Positions 45,916-54,672 of a DNA stretch of 64,000 nucleotides are shown here, one piece after another (position 1 is the first letter of the stretch; each line of letters opens with the position of its first letter). Origin of the DNA: Nitrospirota bacterium. GTDB lineage: Bacteria > Nitrospirota > UBA9217. Location: the NCBI GenBank assembly GCA_963741205.1, contig CAVUHW010000020.1, positions 293,744 through 357,743 of the forward strand, in the 5' to 3' direction. The translations under genes and the position numbers were made by a program. A model generated the notes under the pieces. It saw nothing but the letters and a program-made list of their open reading frames with translations, made no database searches and was not told the origin of the DNA.

Positions 45916-46743
45916 TCAGGCGGCTTTCTTCCGCGCTCTAAAAAGGGCGCCTCCCGTAGAGGGAGACGTACGGAAACCGGTCATGCCGCTGAACAGTATA
46001 TCGCCAAAGCCCGCCCTCCGGAGCATCAGGAGATGGTCCCCGACCGGGACCGTGCCGCCGATTCATTGCGACCACGCTTCGGCGCTGCCAGCCGTGCCCG
46101 CGGGCAGTTCCTGCTCCAGCACCACATCGGCGTAACCAAGCCTGCCTCCCGGCTTCAGCACCCGGTTGATCTCCCGGAACAAGGTCTCTTTATCCGGAGA
46201 GAGATTAATCACGCCGTTCGAGATGACCACATCAAAGATGTTGTCCTCGAACGGCAGGCTCTCCGACGCCACCTGCCGCACTTCGGCATTCGCAATGCCT
46301 GCCTTCTGAAGGTTCTCGCGCGCCCGCACCACCATGGCCTCGGTCAGATCGACGCCGTGCACCATGCCCCCGGGACCGGTCAGCCTCGCCGCGATATACA
46401 GGTCGAAGCCCGCGCCGCATCCGACATCGAGAATGACCGATCCGGGCTCAATCGGGAACAGGGAAAAGGGATTGCCCACCCCGCAAAAGGATTCGAGCAA
46501 ACCGGGATGGGCGGCGTCAACGAGCGCGGGATCATAGCCGAGCGCGCGTGCGCCGTCTTCGCCCGTGGGATAGGCAAACTTCCCTGAGGCCGAGATCGCC
46601 ACCTCGGCATATTTGCTCCGTACTGCGCTTCTGATCTCTTCCGGCTGTGGTCCCTCTTGCCGGACTCCCGCCTCGCTGCACCCCCCGGTGCCGCTCAACG
46701 GCGCTCAGCGTGGTCCGTTCAAATGCTTCTGCAGGTTTTCCAT
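45916..46743 (-). CDS. ArsM-like SAM methyltransferase, candidate selenoprotein (U13, U227)
   Basis: FCGVGNP, LDVGCGAG, SNGVINL; in-frame TGA at 46705-46707 and 46063-46065 with the frame open beyond both; SD GAGGTG before ATG 46743. Confidence 0.8.
46035..46051 (-). promoter_or_regulatory. bacterial SECIS-like hairpin
   Basis: 11 nt after TGA: GGTCCC-GGTCG-GGGACC. Confidence 0.75.
46675..46694 (-). promoter_or_regulatory. second SECIS-like hairpin
   Basis: GC[G]GCACC-GGGG-GGTGC[A]GC; loop 18 nt after the first TGA. Confidence 0.45.
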
Positions 46744-46858
46744 GGGTCACCTCGCGATACAAAGCGGACAGGGGGCCATTTCTCATCGGCCGGAAGCCCA
46801 CATCCTCTTTTGCCATTTTACCACAACATTTCAGAGATATTTACGCGCCGATTCGCGT

Positions 46859-47641
46859 TTACTCGTGGGGAAAGAGTCGATCGCGGCCGGCGCTCACGCG
46901 CTCGTACTCGCGGTGACCGCACGCGTCCCATTCAAGCCGTGTCAGTAGTGCGTTAAACTCGGAATCGAGAGGCGCCTCGATACGGACCGCCCTCCCCGTA
47001 TGCGGGTGAATGAACTCGATCTCGCAGGCATGCAACAGCATACGCCGGCACTGGAACTGTGTCCGGAAGAAGTCGTTCTGTTTCCCGTCACCGTAAGTCG
47101 TGTCGCCGATGATCGGGTGGTAGATGTGTTTCATATGCCGCCGTATCTGGTGGTTGCGGCCGGTAAGGGGGGACGCCTTGATAAAGGAAAATCGCGCGCT
47201 CGTGTAGCGACCCACCGGATACGGCAACTCGGCGGTCGCGAGCCTGACATACTCAGTCCTGGCTTCCTGAGCTGGTTTGTCCGGGTCAACACGCTGATCG
47301 GTCCTTTTGTCCCTGCGTTCCTTTAACGAATGGTCGATGAGCTCCGTCTCTTTCGTCCAGCCCCGCACGACGGCGAGATAGGACTTCAAGATGGTCCCGC
47401 TGGAGAACAGCCCGGTCATGTCGCGGGCGCTGTCCTTGTCCAGGGCAAACAGCAACACGCCCGAGGCGGATTTGTCGAGCCGGTGCAGGAGGTAAACCCA
47501 GCGGCCCAACTGGTCCCGGACGAGTTGCATGGCATAGTCGGTCTCGTGCCGGTCGATGGCGCTGCGGTGGACGAGAAGGCCCGCCGGCTTGTCCACCGCC
47601 ACCAGGTGATCATCCTGATACAGTATGGATAGCGATCTCAC
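46859..47641 (-). CDS. truC: tRNA pseudouridine(65) synthase (RluA family)
   Basis: KPAGLLVHRS, HRLDKSASG, TGRNHQIRRHMKHI. Confidence 0.85.
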   Translation of the reverse strand: MRSLSILYQDDHLVAVDKPAGLLVHRSAIDRHETDYAMQLVRDQLGRWVYLLHRLDKSASGVLLFALDKDSARDMTGLFSSGTILKSYLAVVRGWTKETELIDHSLKERRDKRTDQRVDPDKPAQEARTEYVRLATAELPYPVGRYTSARFSFIKASPLTGRNHQIRRHMKHIYHPIIGDTTYGDGKQNDFFRTQFQCRRMLLHACEIEFIHPHTGRAVRIEAPLDSEFNALLTRLEWDACGHREYERVSAGRDRLFPHE

Positions 47642-47698
47642 TCCAAACCTTCCTCTGAGGGAAACCGGCGTCGCACGGCCGCGCATTGCGCGATTGTT

Positions 47699-47974
47699 CT
47701 AGTCACGTCCGACATCTCGATATCGATTTTCTCTTTCGGAATCCATGTTTTTTTGATGCCGTCCTATGAAGAGATACAGGGGCATTCCAACCGGAGCGAG
47801 CATCAGCACGAAAAAGAACCAGATGATTTTATCCGTACTGTTCCTGAACTCACTGCTGACGATATCGATGATCGTTACCAGCCAGAAGAGAAAGAAAGCA
47901 ATGGCTAAAATGATGATCGCCGCGCTGTGGCGCGAACAGGATTCAACAAGTTGAGGATTAAATAAGGGGGTCAT
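47699..47974 (-). CDS. PLDc N-terminal-type small membrane protein
   Basis: two TM helices, KIIW...PVG..LY..IGR. Confidence 0.75.
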   Translation of the reverse strand: MTPLFNPQLVESCSRHSAAIIILAIAFFLFWLVTIIDIVSSEFRNSTDKIIWFFFVLMLAPVGMPLYLFIGRHQKNMDSERENRYRDVGRD

Positions 47975-48106
47975 TCCATTCACCGGAGGACTCGAAATGA
48001 TCGACCTCCTATACCTTCCCTGGTTCTGAGAGGAATCGTGGTATTGTGAAGCCTTTCGCCGCGCGCCAGATTGGGGCGATTCGCACCTTATCGCACGAGG
48101 CAAGGC

Positions 48107-48574
48107 CTAAAGGTTTTTTTTGAGATTTTCCAAGAGATGAAGCGTCCTGACATCTCGTTCTCCCTGGAAATACTTATCAAGAATACGCGCAAACACAGAG
48201 TGCGGTTCGGCTACGCTCGCAAAAAGAGTCATGGATGATTTAAGCTTCAGGTCATCAGGATATCCAAAAATGTCTGAAATTGACAGGCCCTCAAGGCCAA
48301 GAACCGATTCCGCGCACTCCACCAGCCTCGTGCCAAGGACAGGATGATTGAGATATTGTCGCGCTTCTTCGACGCTCTTAATAGCGTAGTGTTTTGTCAT
48401 TGCACTATGTCCCAGTCCATCAATCTGCGGGAATATATACCACATCCAGTGAGTTCGTTTCCGGCCGCTTCTTAACTCAGCAAGGACGATATCATAGATT
48501 CTTTCTTGCGCGCTGATGAAGCGACTTAATTCAAACGGGTCGTCACGATCGCTAGCATCGTTTTCTTTTATCAT
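48107..48574 (-). CDS. DUF1810 protein
   Basis: KRTHWMWYIFPQ, DDLKLKSSMTLF. Confidence 0.9.
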   Translation of the reverse strand: MIKENDASDRDDPFELSRFISAQERIYDIVLAELRSGRKRTHWMWYIFPQIDGLGHSAMTKHYAIKSVEEARQYLNHPVLGTRLVECAESVLGLEGLSISDIFGYPDDLKLKSSMTLFASVAEPHSVFARILDKYFQGERDVRTLHLLENLKKNL

Positions 48575-48727
48575 GCCGGGCTCTCCCCAAACACAACATG
48601 TAGTTTTCTTCCCATTGATGTTCGTCGAAAAAACGCGACATGCTTTTTCACGTCCAACAGCAACTTCCGGCGCCCTTCGCCCCTTCGAGAAACAGAAGAT
48701 CCGTATTACTGCAATGCAAAACACTGA

Positions 48728-49132
48728 TTACAGCAGATCTACCGACTTTATACTTTTGACCTTTTCGTACAGTTTTTTATCTGCGGTCACGAATGAACAC
48801 TTGAGCCTCCGGCTGAGCTCAATATAAGTTGCGTCATAGAGAGATATTTTATATTTCCTGGACAAGGCCAAGCCGCCCTGAAACTCTTCCAATCCGAGGT
48901 CGAAACGTTCGAGGGAAAAATCCCACAAAAGCGCAAATGCCTCTGCACTGGCCGCTTCGGAAAGCCGCGTCTTCGTCGCCAAAACATTGCCGATCTCATA
49001 GAACAGCAGGTCCGGCACTGCTACAGTCTCATGCCCGGCTGCATGAGCTTCCTTCAAACGGGCCGCGCGGTCGCCGCCGGCCTCGTCATCGAATATCCAC
49101 TTGAGGACCACCGAGGCGTCCAGAACGATCAT
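48728..49132 (-). CDS. VapC PIN-domain toxin
   Basis: IVLDASV, YDATY, TAD. Confidence 0.9.
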   Translation of the reverse strand: MIVLDASVVLKWIFDDEAGGDRAARLKEAHAAGHETVAVPDLLFYEIGNVLATKTRLSEAASAEAFALLWDFSLERFDLGLEEFQGGLALSRKYKISLYDATYIELSRRLKCSFVTADKKLYEKVKSIKSVDLL

Positions 49133-49407
49133 CTATGCTCCCGTGCTTCCCGGATAGCCTTTACGACGTCTATTTGAGTGGTCTCTTTCCGGTGCTCCTT
49201 CTTCCAGGCATCCATTCGGGCGGACAGTTCCTTGAGCTTCCTCCCCCGCTCTCCTTTCAGCACCTTGTCCTGATACTCGTCAGCGGAAATAATGACCGCG
49301 AGGGGCTTGTTCGCCCGGGTGATCGTCACCGGTTCATGCCCTTCCGCCACGGAATTAAGAACGCTGCCCAGTTTTTTTCGCAGGTCGAGAGCAGTTACGG
49401 TTTTCAT
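49129..49407 (-). CDS. Phd/YefM antitoxin
   Basis: PVTITRANKPLAVI; 4-bp overlap with toxin. Confidence 0.88.
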   Translation of the reverse strand: MKTVTALDLRKKLGSVLNSVAEGHEPVTITRANKPLAVIISADEYQDKVLKGERGRKLKELSARMDAWKKEHRKETTQIDVVKAIREAREHR

Positions 49408-49425
49408 GCAGAACCTCCTTCGCAG

Positions 49426-49449
49426 TGATAGGTCTAATATAGACTATCA
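49426..49449. promoter_or_regulatory. TA operator-like inverted repeat
   Basis: TGATA(G)GTCTA-ATA-TAGACTATCA. Confidence 0.5.
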
Positions 49450-49505
49450 TAGCAGGTATGTCAATATGGGGAAGTTGGCGACCCCGCAGTGCGATAATGT
49501 GTCCC

Positions 49506-49781
49506 TCATTTGTACACTTCGTCATGACCCCCTATGTCAAGCAGGATGATCTCCTTCTCGGTGACCATCAGGGTAAGGGTTATCCGATAGCTGTAAGTAA
49601 GACTAACCGCGTAACAATCTTGCAGCTTTCCGCTGAGACCGTGCATTTCAAGGCGGGGCTGAAAAGGGTCCTTCCGCAGGTCATCGACGACCTCGACAAA
49701 CGATTTTTTCAGATCGGGATGTTTTTTAAAGAATTTCTTTGCGCGGCGAAGGAAGTAATGCGAGGCTTCGATAGTATACAC
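49506..49781 (-). CDS. RelE/YafQ-like toxin
   Basis: HGLSGKL, YRI, LDIGGHDEVY. Confidence 0.85.
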   Translation of the reverse strand: MYTIEASHYFLRRAKKFFKKHPDLKKSFVEVVDDLRKDPFQPRLEMHGLSGKLQDCYAVSLTYSYRITLTLMVTEKEIILLDIGGHDEVYK

Positions 49782-50053
49782 TATTTCTCATCCTCAGCCT
49801 CAATCGCCTTTAATAGATCACCGGCTGATTTGAAACGGCGGACCCTGCCTGCCTTGACGTCCTCAAGCGACGCTCGCATGCGGGCGATATATGCTTCGTC
49901 CTCCGCTGCGATCAGATCCCGATACCGCTCCTCGGAAAGGACGACATACTTGGGCTGGTTGTTCTTGATCACATGGACAGGCCCATCTTTCAGCGCCTCG
50001 TCCACTGCGGAGATTCCTCTTTTCTTGATGTCCTGCGCAGCAATTGCATTCAT
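49781..50053 (-). CDS. Phd-like antitoxin
   Basis: PVHVIKNNQPKYVVL; 1-bp overlap with toxin. Confidence 0.85.
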   Translation of the reverse strand: MNAIAAQDIKKRGISAVDEALKDGPVHVIKNNQPKYVVLSEERYRDLIAAEDEAYIARMRASLEDVKAGRVRRFKSAGDLLKAIEAEDEK

Positions 50054-50176
50054 TACAAGGGACTCCTTTCGGTACTTGTTTTAATACCAAAATAATACTA
50101 TAAATATAGCACCTATTTCAACCCTAATTTTGTTTCACCCATTTCGATTCTCTGGTTGCAATGCAACCGCTAAGCC

Positions 50177-50248
50177 TTGAGAGAGGCGATGAATCTGCGT
50201 CCGGACCAGAAGATCATTCTCGCGCAGACAGTCGGGTACCCCAAATAA
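50177..50248 (+). pseudogene. nitroreductase-like C-terminal remnant
   Basis: LREAMNLRPDQKIILAQTVGYPK* with no upstream body. Confidence 0.55.
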
Positions 50249-50327
50249 CAATTTCGGGGGATCGTTCGAATTGTATTTTCGATTTCGGATTGCGGCTTCC
50301 CAGGCTATTAAACCGGGGAAGGAGGGA

Positions 50328-50630
50328 TCATTTCGGCCGATCGAAAACGATCTGATACAGAACAATCGGCAATACAACCGGGACGAGAATGACTGTGTCA
50401 AACAAAAGGCTGAAAGGAAGGTCTATTCTTGGATAGTCCGGTGGTTCGACCCCGTACTTGTTTTTGTAAACGAGGAGAATATTTTCATCCTGCGCGCTCG
50501 AATGGATATCGAGCCTTGTGCCGCTGTAAAACTTCGGGCTGTCCTCCGTAAAGTGAGAAGCGGTTGTTAAGGTAGCGCATCCTGACGTAATGAGCAGGGC
50601 GACGCATACGAAACATAAACACCTGATCAT
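50328..50630 (-). CDS. YceK/YidQ-like lipoprotein
   Basis: ITSGC lipobox, YSGTR, DLPFSLLFDTVILVP. Confidence 0.85.
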   Translation of the reverse strand: MIRCLCFVCVALLITSGCATLTTASHFTEDSPKFYSGTRLDIHSSAQDENILLVYKNKYGVEPPDYPRIDLPFSLLFDTVILVPVVLPIVLYQIVFDRPK

Positions 50631-50656
50631 GATTTGACTCCTGACGATGGTACTGT

Positions 50657-51230
50657 TCACTGCACTTCCCGATATCGGAAGCAATCGACCAGGTGATCGT
50701 TAACCATACCCGCCGCCTGCATGAAGGCATAACAGATGGTCGAGCCCGCGAATTTGAACCCCCGCTTCCTGAGGTCCTTGCTCATTGCGTCCGATTCAGC
50801 GGTCGTTGCCGGGATCTCGGAAAGGCGCCGAAACTGGTGTTGAACTGGCTTATTACCGATAAATCGCCAGATATAGGCGTCGAAGGAACCGAACTCCTTC
50901 TGTAATTCAAGGAACAACCTTGCGTTTGCAATAGTTGATTCTATCTTCAAACGATTGCGAATGATGCCGTCGTCCTTGAGAAGACGCTGCACATCCTTTC
51001 CCATTATATCGCGCTATGGTCTTCGGATCGAAGCCGTGAAAAGCCTTGCGATAGTTTTCCCGCTTCCGGAGCACTGTAGACCATGAAAGGCCTGCCTGCG
51101 CGCCGTCAAGGACGATGAATTCGAACAGTTTCCGGTCATCGTGAAGCGGCACGCCCCATTCCTCATCATGATAGGCAATCATGAGCGGATCATCAGACGG
51201 CCAGGAACATCGTTTTACGCCCTTCTGCAT
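50657..51230 (-). CDS. tag: DNA-3-methyladenine glycosylase I (frameshift near 51003)
   Basis: RCSW, YHDEEWG, AQAGLSW, IIRNRLKI, GMVNDHLVDC. Confidence 0.92.
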
Positions 51231-51302
51231 GCCGGTCTCCGTATTTCCGCTCGCCCCATTCTTTCTTCCTTGCTTTCAAGGTCGCTGTCACCGGGGACCG
51301 AT

Positions 51303-52418
51303 TCAGACCCTGTACTCCCGCAGGGTCTTCGTTGCGCGTGCCTTCTTTTTTTTCTCCGGCAGGGAGAGCGCAAACTGTTTTCCCGCCGCAATCCATTTCT
51401 CCAATGCGGCCTGCCCTCTCCATCCGGTTTCCTTCACCATGAGCCAACCGCTCATCGGTTTGCCGGTGATGTTAAAAGGTTCTACATTCCTGTCCCGCAG
51501 ACTCCGCTCCCCCTGCTCCTTGCCGACGCGCACGATCAGAAAATCCTTGTGGATGCCGAAGGCCATATTGCTCTTGGGGATTCTAGGTTTGGCGCTCGGT
51601 ATGTCGACTGAGATCCGAAGACGAACACCCGCGGGTGAACACGAGCTGCGGCGGAGCGCGAAATCAGCCCACAGCAGCAACGCGGCACCGGGCGACGCGC
51701 GAGCAAAGCGAAGACCCGACCGCCGCAAGCCGAACCCCGGGCACGCAGGCCCGGACGCCGGAGAAGTAGCACCGAGCGTGCCGGCAGCGGGACACCCGGC
51801 ACCAGGGCAACGGAGAGACCCGAAGACAGCCGCGCAAAGCCGAGAAGCCGCCGCCAAACGCGCGCCCAGAGGAGAAGGAGACAACCACCCGGACGCCGGG
51901 TAAGGGAGGCCGCGGAACCCGACCGCGGAGCGAACAAGCGCCAGACGACCGACGGCAAGCACAGCGGGCCAAAGGCGCGCGCGAGCCCAGTAGGAACGAA
52001 CGAACAGCCGCGGTAACAGGGACGCGCCCAAAGCAGGGCGACAGCAGTCGTCAGTACTCGTAGGAGCCTGACTGGTTGCGCCGTTTTATGAGAGGCACAC
52101 AAAGAGAAAGGCGTGAGACCGCGAACGGGAGAGCTGACAACGGCGGCGTAGCGGTCAGCGACAGCGATGACCGGATAGTACGGAAAACGCTCTCGGCACT
52201 GGCGTGAGATAAGCGTTGGCAACCACATCCGCGAGGGTAGTAGCTGCTCCGTTGTCGGGTAGCAACGGAATTTTATGCCGCTTGAAATCGCCACATCTCT
52301 AATATAGGTGAGAATTCAAAAGGTAGCAGACGCCGCCGAACATTTTCTTTTTTTCCACATTCTGCCAGCGCTTCACCGCGCTGTCAATCTTCTCTTCCAG
52401 CTTCGTATTGTAGGACAT
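51303..52418 (-). pseudogene. TfoX/Sxy N-terminal-domain gene interrupted by ~740-bp insert
   Basis: MSYNTKLEEKI...KKMFGGVCYLL (52418-52317) joins KSNMAFGIHKDFLIVRVG...GKPMSGW (51575-51303). Confidence 0.85.
51576..52316 (-). mobile_element. adenine-depleted partial copy of a tnpB element
   Basis: collinear with tnpB from 61058 to ~60080; near-identical first ~68 nt; only 6 T in plus-strand 51661-52020. Confidence 0.8.
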
Positions 52419-52457
52419 CCCGTCCTCCTCAGCGCTGCCGTTCTTAGGAGCGCGCAG

Positions 52458-52892
52458 TCATGGCGCGACGATACGGTTTGCTCCTTCCGGCCAGACCCGT
52501 CTGAAATCGTTCATGTTGAAAGTCACAATACGGTCGGCCCCGCTCTTCTGCGCGGCCTTCACGATGAGAGCGTCATATACGGCGCCCCCAGAGAGCCCCA
52601 GATCGCTCAGGCGCTTGACTGTTGCCATATATTCGGAGGATGTGAGTGAAACGATGGAAACATTAGGCTCTATACTTTCATGGATAAGCCGCCATGCAAG
52701 ACCTGGAGAAATCCTCGGACTGACCGGTAGCGTCGAGAGCACGGCGTAGACCTCAGCGATGCTGTGCGAAGATATCACCAATTCACCTGATTTCGATTTC
52801 GGCCGTGTGAGCCACGGAAGTGCTCGCAGATGTTCGGGGTGCGGCTCCACAAGAGCGGCCACGAGCACCGAAGTGTCGAGAAGCACTTTCAT
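52458..52892 (-). CDS. VapC PIN-domain toxin
   Basis: VLLDTSVLV, YDALI, TFN..DF. Confidence 0.9.
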   Translation of the reverse strand: MKVLLDTSVLVAALVEPHPEHLRALPWLTRPKSKSGELVISSHSIAEVYAVLSTLPVSPRISPGLAWRLIHESIEPNVSIVSLTSSEYMATVKRLSDLGLSGGAVYDALIVKAAQKSGADRIVTFNMNDFRRVWPEGANRIVAP

Positions 52893-53152
52893 GGTTTCTT
52901 CCCGGACGCGACTTTACCCAGCCTTTCTTCACGAAGAGCACGGACCGCGCCCCTGAGGTCTCCGGTCGCGCTCCCGGTGAAAACAAGAATGCCCTCTTTC
53001 ATGATGAGCGAGGGGCCGTGTTCAATGGGCTTCAGCACGACCTCATTCCCCTTCTCGTCAATCTCAAGTTCCGCCCCTGGCCGTAACCCCAGCCGGTCCC
53101 GGATCTCCTTGGGTACCACCACTCGTCCGAAACGGTCCAGTGTCGTTTTCAT
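52889..53152 (-). CDS. AbrB/MazE-type antitoxin
   Basis: DRFGRVVVPKEIRDRLGLRPG. Confidence 0.9.
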   Translation of the reverse strand: MKTTLDRFGRVVVPKEIRDRLGLRPGAELEIDEKGNEVVLKPIEHGPSLIMKEGILVFTGSATGDLRGAVRALREERLGKVASGKKP

Positions 53153-53165
53153 GCATCCCTCCTCG

Positions 53166-53198
53166 TAATTGCCATTATATCATCCCAATTGGCAATTA
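53166..53198. promoter_or_regulatory. TA operator-like inverted repeat
   Basis: TAATTGCCA-N15-TGGCAATTA. Confidence 0.55.
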
Positions 53199-53241
53199 TC
53201 AATAGCAATGCACGATCATTCAACCGGAACCGCGGTTGGCG

Positions 53242-54124
53242 CTATTTCAGATACCGGTCAAAAAATTCCCCAACTCGCTTCTCGTACTCGCTTCCCGCGG
53301 CTGCAAGCGTGCCGCCGTGTCCAGAGACCGGGATGATCCAGAGCTCTTTCGGCTCCTTTGCGGCGGCATAGAGTCTTCGTCCATTGTCCGCTGGGAATCA
53401 GTTGGTCTCCTTCACCGGCGATGATCAGGATAGGAGTTGGAGAGATGTCTGCGATGGCCTTCGCAGGTGAAACCGCGTCGATAGATGTCTGAAAATAGAG
53501 GTCATATCCGAGGACCGTGAGGGGGAGGAAAGGAAACACGGGCAGATGATAGATAGCGGCGATCGCGCTCCGCGCCAGGTCCCTGAGGTTTGCAAAGGCG
53601 CTATCCGCAACAACGGCGCGGAACCCGTTTGACCTCGCTGCAGCGAGGATCGCCGAGGCCCCGCCCATGGAAAAACCGAAGATCCCGATTTTTCCGGCGT
53701 CGATCCCGGGCCGTGCCTTGAGAAATCCGAAGGCCGCGAGAACGTCATCTTGCTCGTGGTATCCCAGAGAAGACCTGCTTCCGCCGCTCTCTCCGTGGGC
53801 GCGGAAGTCGAAAAGAAGGACCGCATATCCCCGGCGCGAGAGCGCCGCTGCCAATTCCGTGAAATCCGATTTGTTCGCGCCGAGGCCGTGGCAGATGATA
53901 ATGGCCGGAGACGGCTGGCGGGGATGAGATGGCTTGACGAGCCAGCCCTTGAGTGTGACCCCGTCCTCGCTCGTGAAAACGACATCTTCGTAATCGGCCT
54001 TATACGCCGAGGGAGGCATGAAGAGAGGATATTTCGGCGGGTGGGTGTTCGCATAGACGAGGAGGAGCGAGACCGCGACAACGACGAGGATGGCACCGAT
54101 GAAGATGGTCATGGCGGTTTTCAT
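53242..54124 (-). CDS. alpha/beta hydrolase (frameshift near 53390)
   Basis: CHGLG, DFRAHGES, GFSMGG; catalytic His segment in second frame. Confidence 0.88.
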
Positions 54125-54172
54125 GAGCTAGCGGGGCAATGCCTCAGACCGATGAAACAAAATCAACATCCT

Positions 54173-54274
54173 TTCACCGCAGCGACTCAGAGACTCTGAG
54201 AACTTCAGATTCTGATTTTTTAAACCGCGAGCCTTGTGATGTTTTTCTCCGCGTCTCGGCGTCTCTGCGGTGAA
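54173..54274. repeat. periodic-arm inverted repeat (8-nt period)
   Basis: 30-nt arms, 25/30 match: TTCACCGCAGCGACTCAGAGACTCTGAGAA vs revcomp TTCACCGCAGAGACGCCGAGACGCGGAGAA. Confidence 0.85.
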
Positions 54275-54301
54275 CGCTTCTGGTTTTCTCAAAATAGTCA
54301 T

Positions 54302-54634
54302 TTAGCCGCTATAGCCATAACGGATGTCAAAGTGTTTGTACTCTCCCTGGTAAGGCTCCCAGAGGATGTCCACCTTGGTTACGCGCGCTCCCGGCGGGCC
54401 TTTGTGACACCAGCCGATGATCTCCTCGACCTTTTTCTTCTCTCCTTCGAAGAGGGCCTGGACCGTGCCGTCCGGTAGGTTCCTGACCCACCCGCCTACG
54501 CCGATCCGGATCGCCTCGTCCCGGGTGGTGGCTCGGAAAAACACGCCTTGAACCATGCCGTGGATGACCACCTGTGCGCGAAGGTGGTCCGCATCCTTTT
54601 TGCTTGCAGGCGACGTGGAAGTCATTCTGGCCAT
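54302..54634 (-). CDS. acyP: acylphosphatase
   Basis: GMVQGVFFR, GWVRNLPDGTV. Confidence 0.93.
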   Translation of the reverse strand: MARMTSTSPASKKDADHLRAQVVIHGMVQGVFFRATTRDEAIRIGVGGWVRNLPDGTVQALFEGEKKKVEEIIGWCHKGPPGARVTKVDILWEPYQGEYKHFDIRYGYSG

Positions 54635-54672
54635 ATCATTGCTCGTGATCTTCTTCCGCTCCGGGGGGACGC

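Noticed and set aside
51536-52294. 252-aa ORF starting MAISSGIKFRCYPTTEQ and overlapping long ORFs
   Set aside because: Open only because adenine loss removes stop codons; translation is low-complexity after the first 17 residues
51576-52316. Intein or IStron in tfoX
   Set aside because: An in-frame TAG follows the junction, and no intein or group I intron motifs are visible
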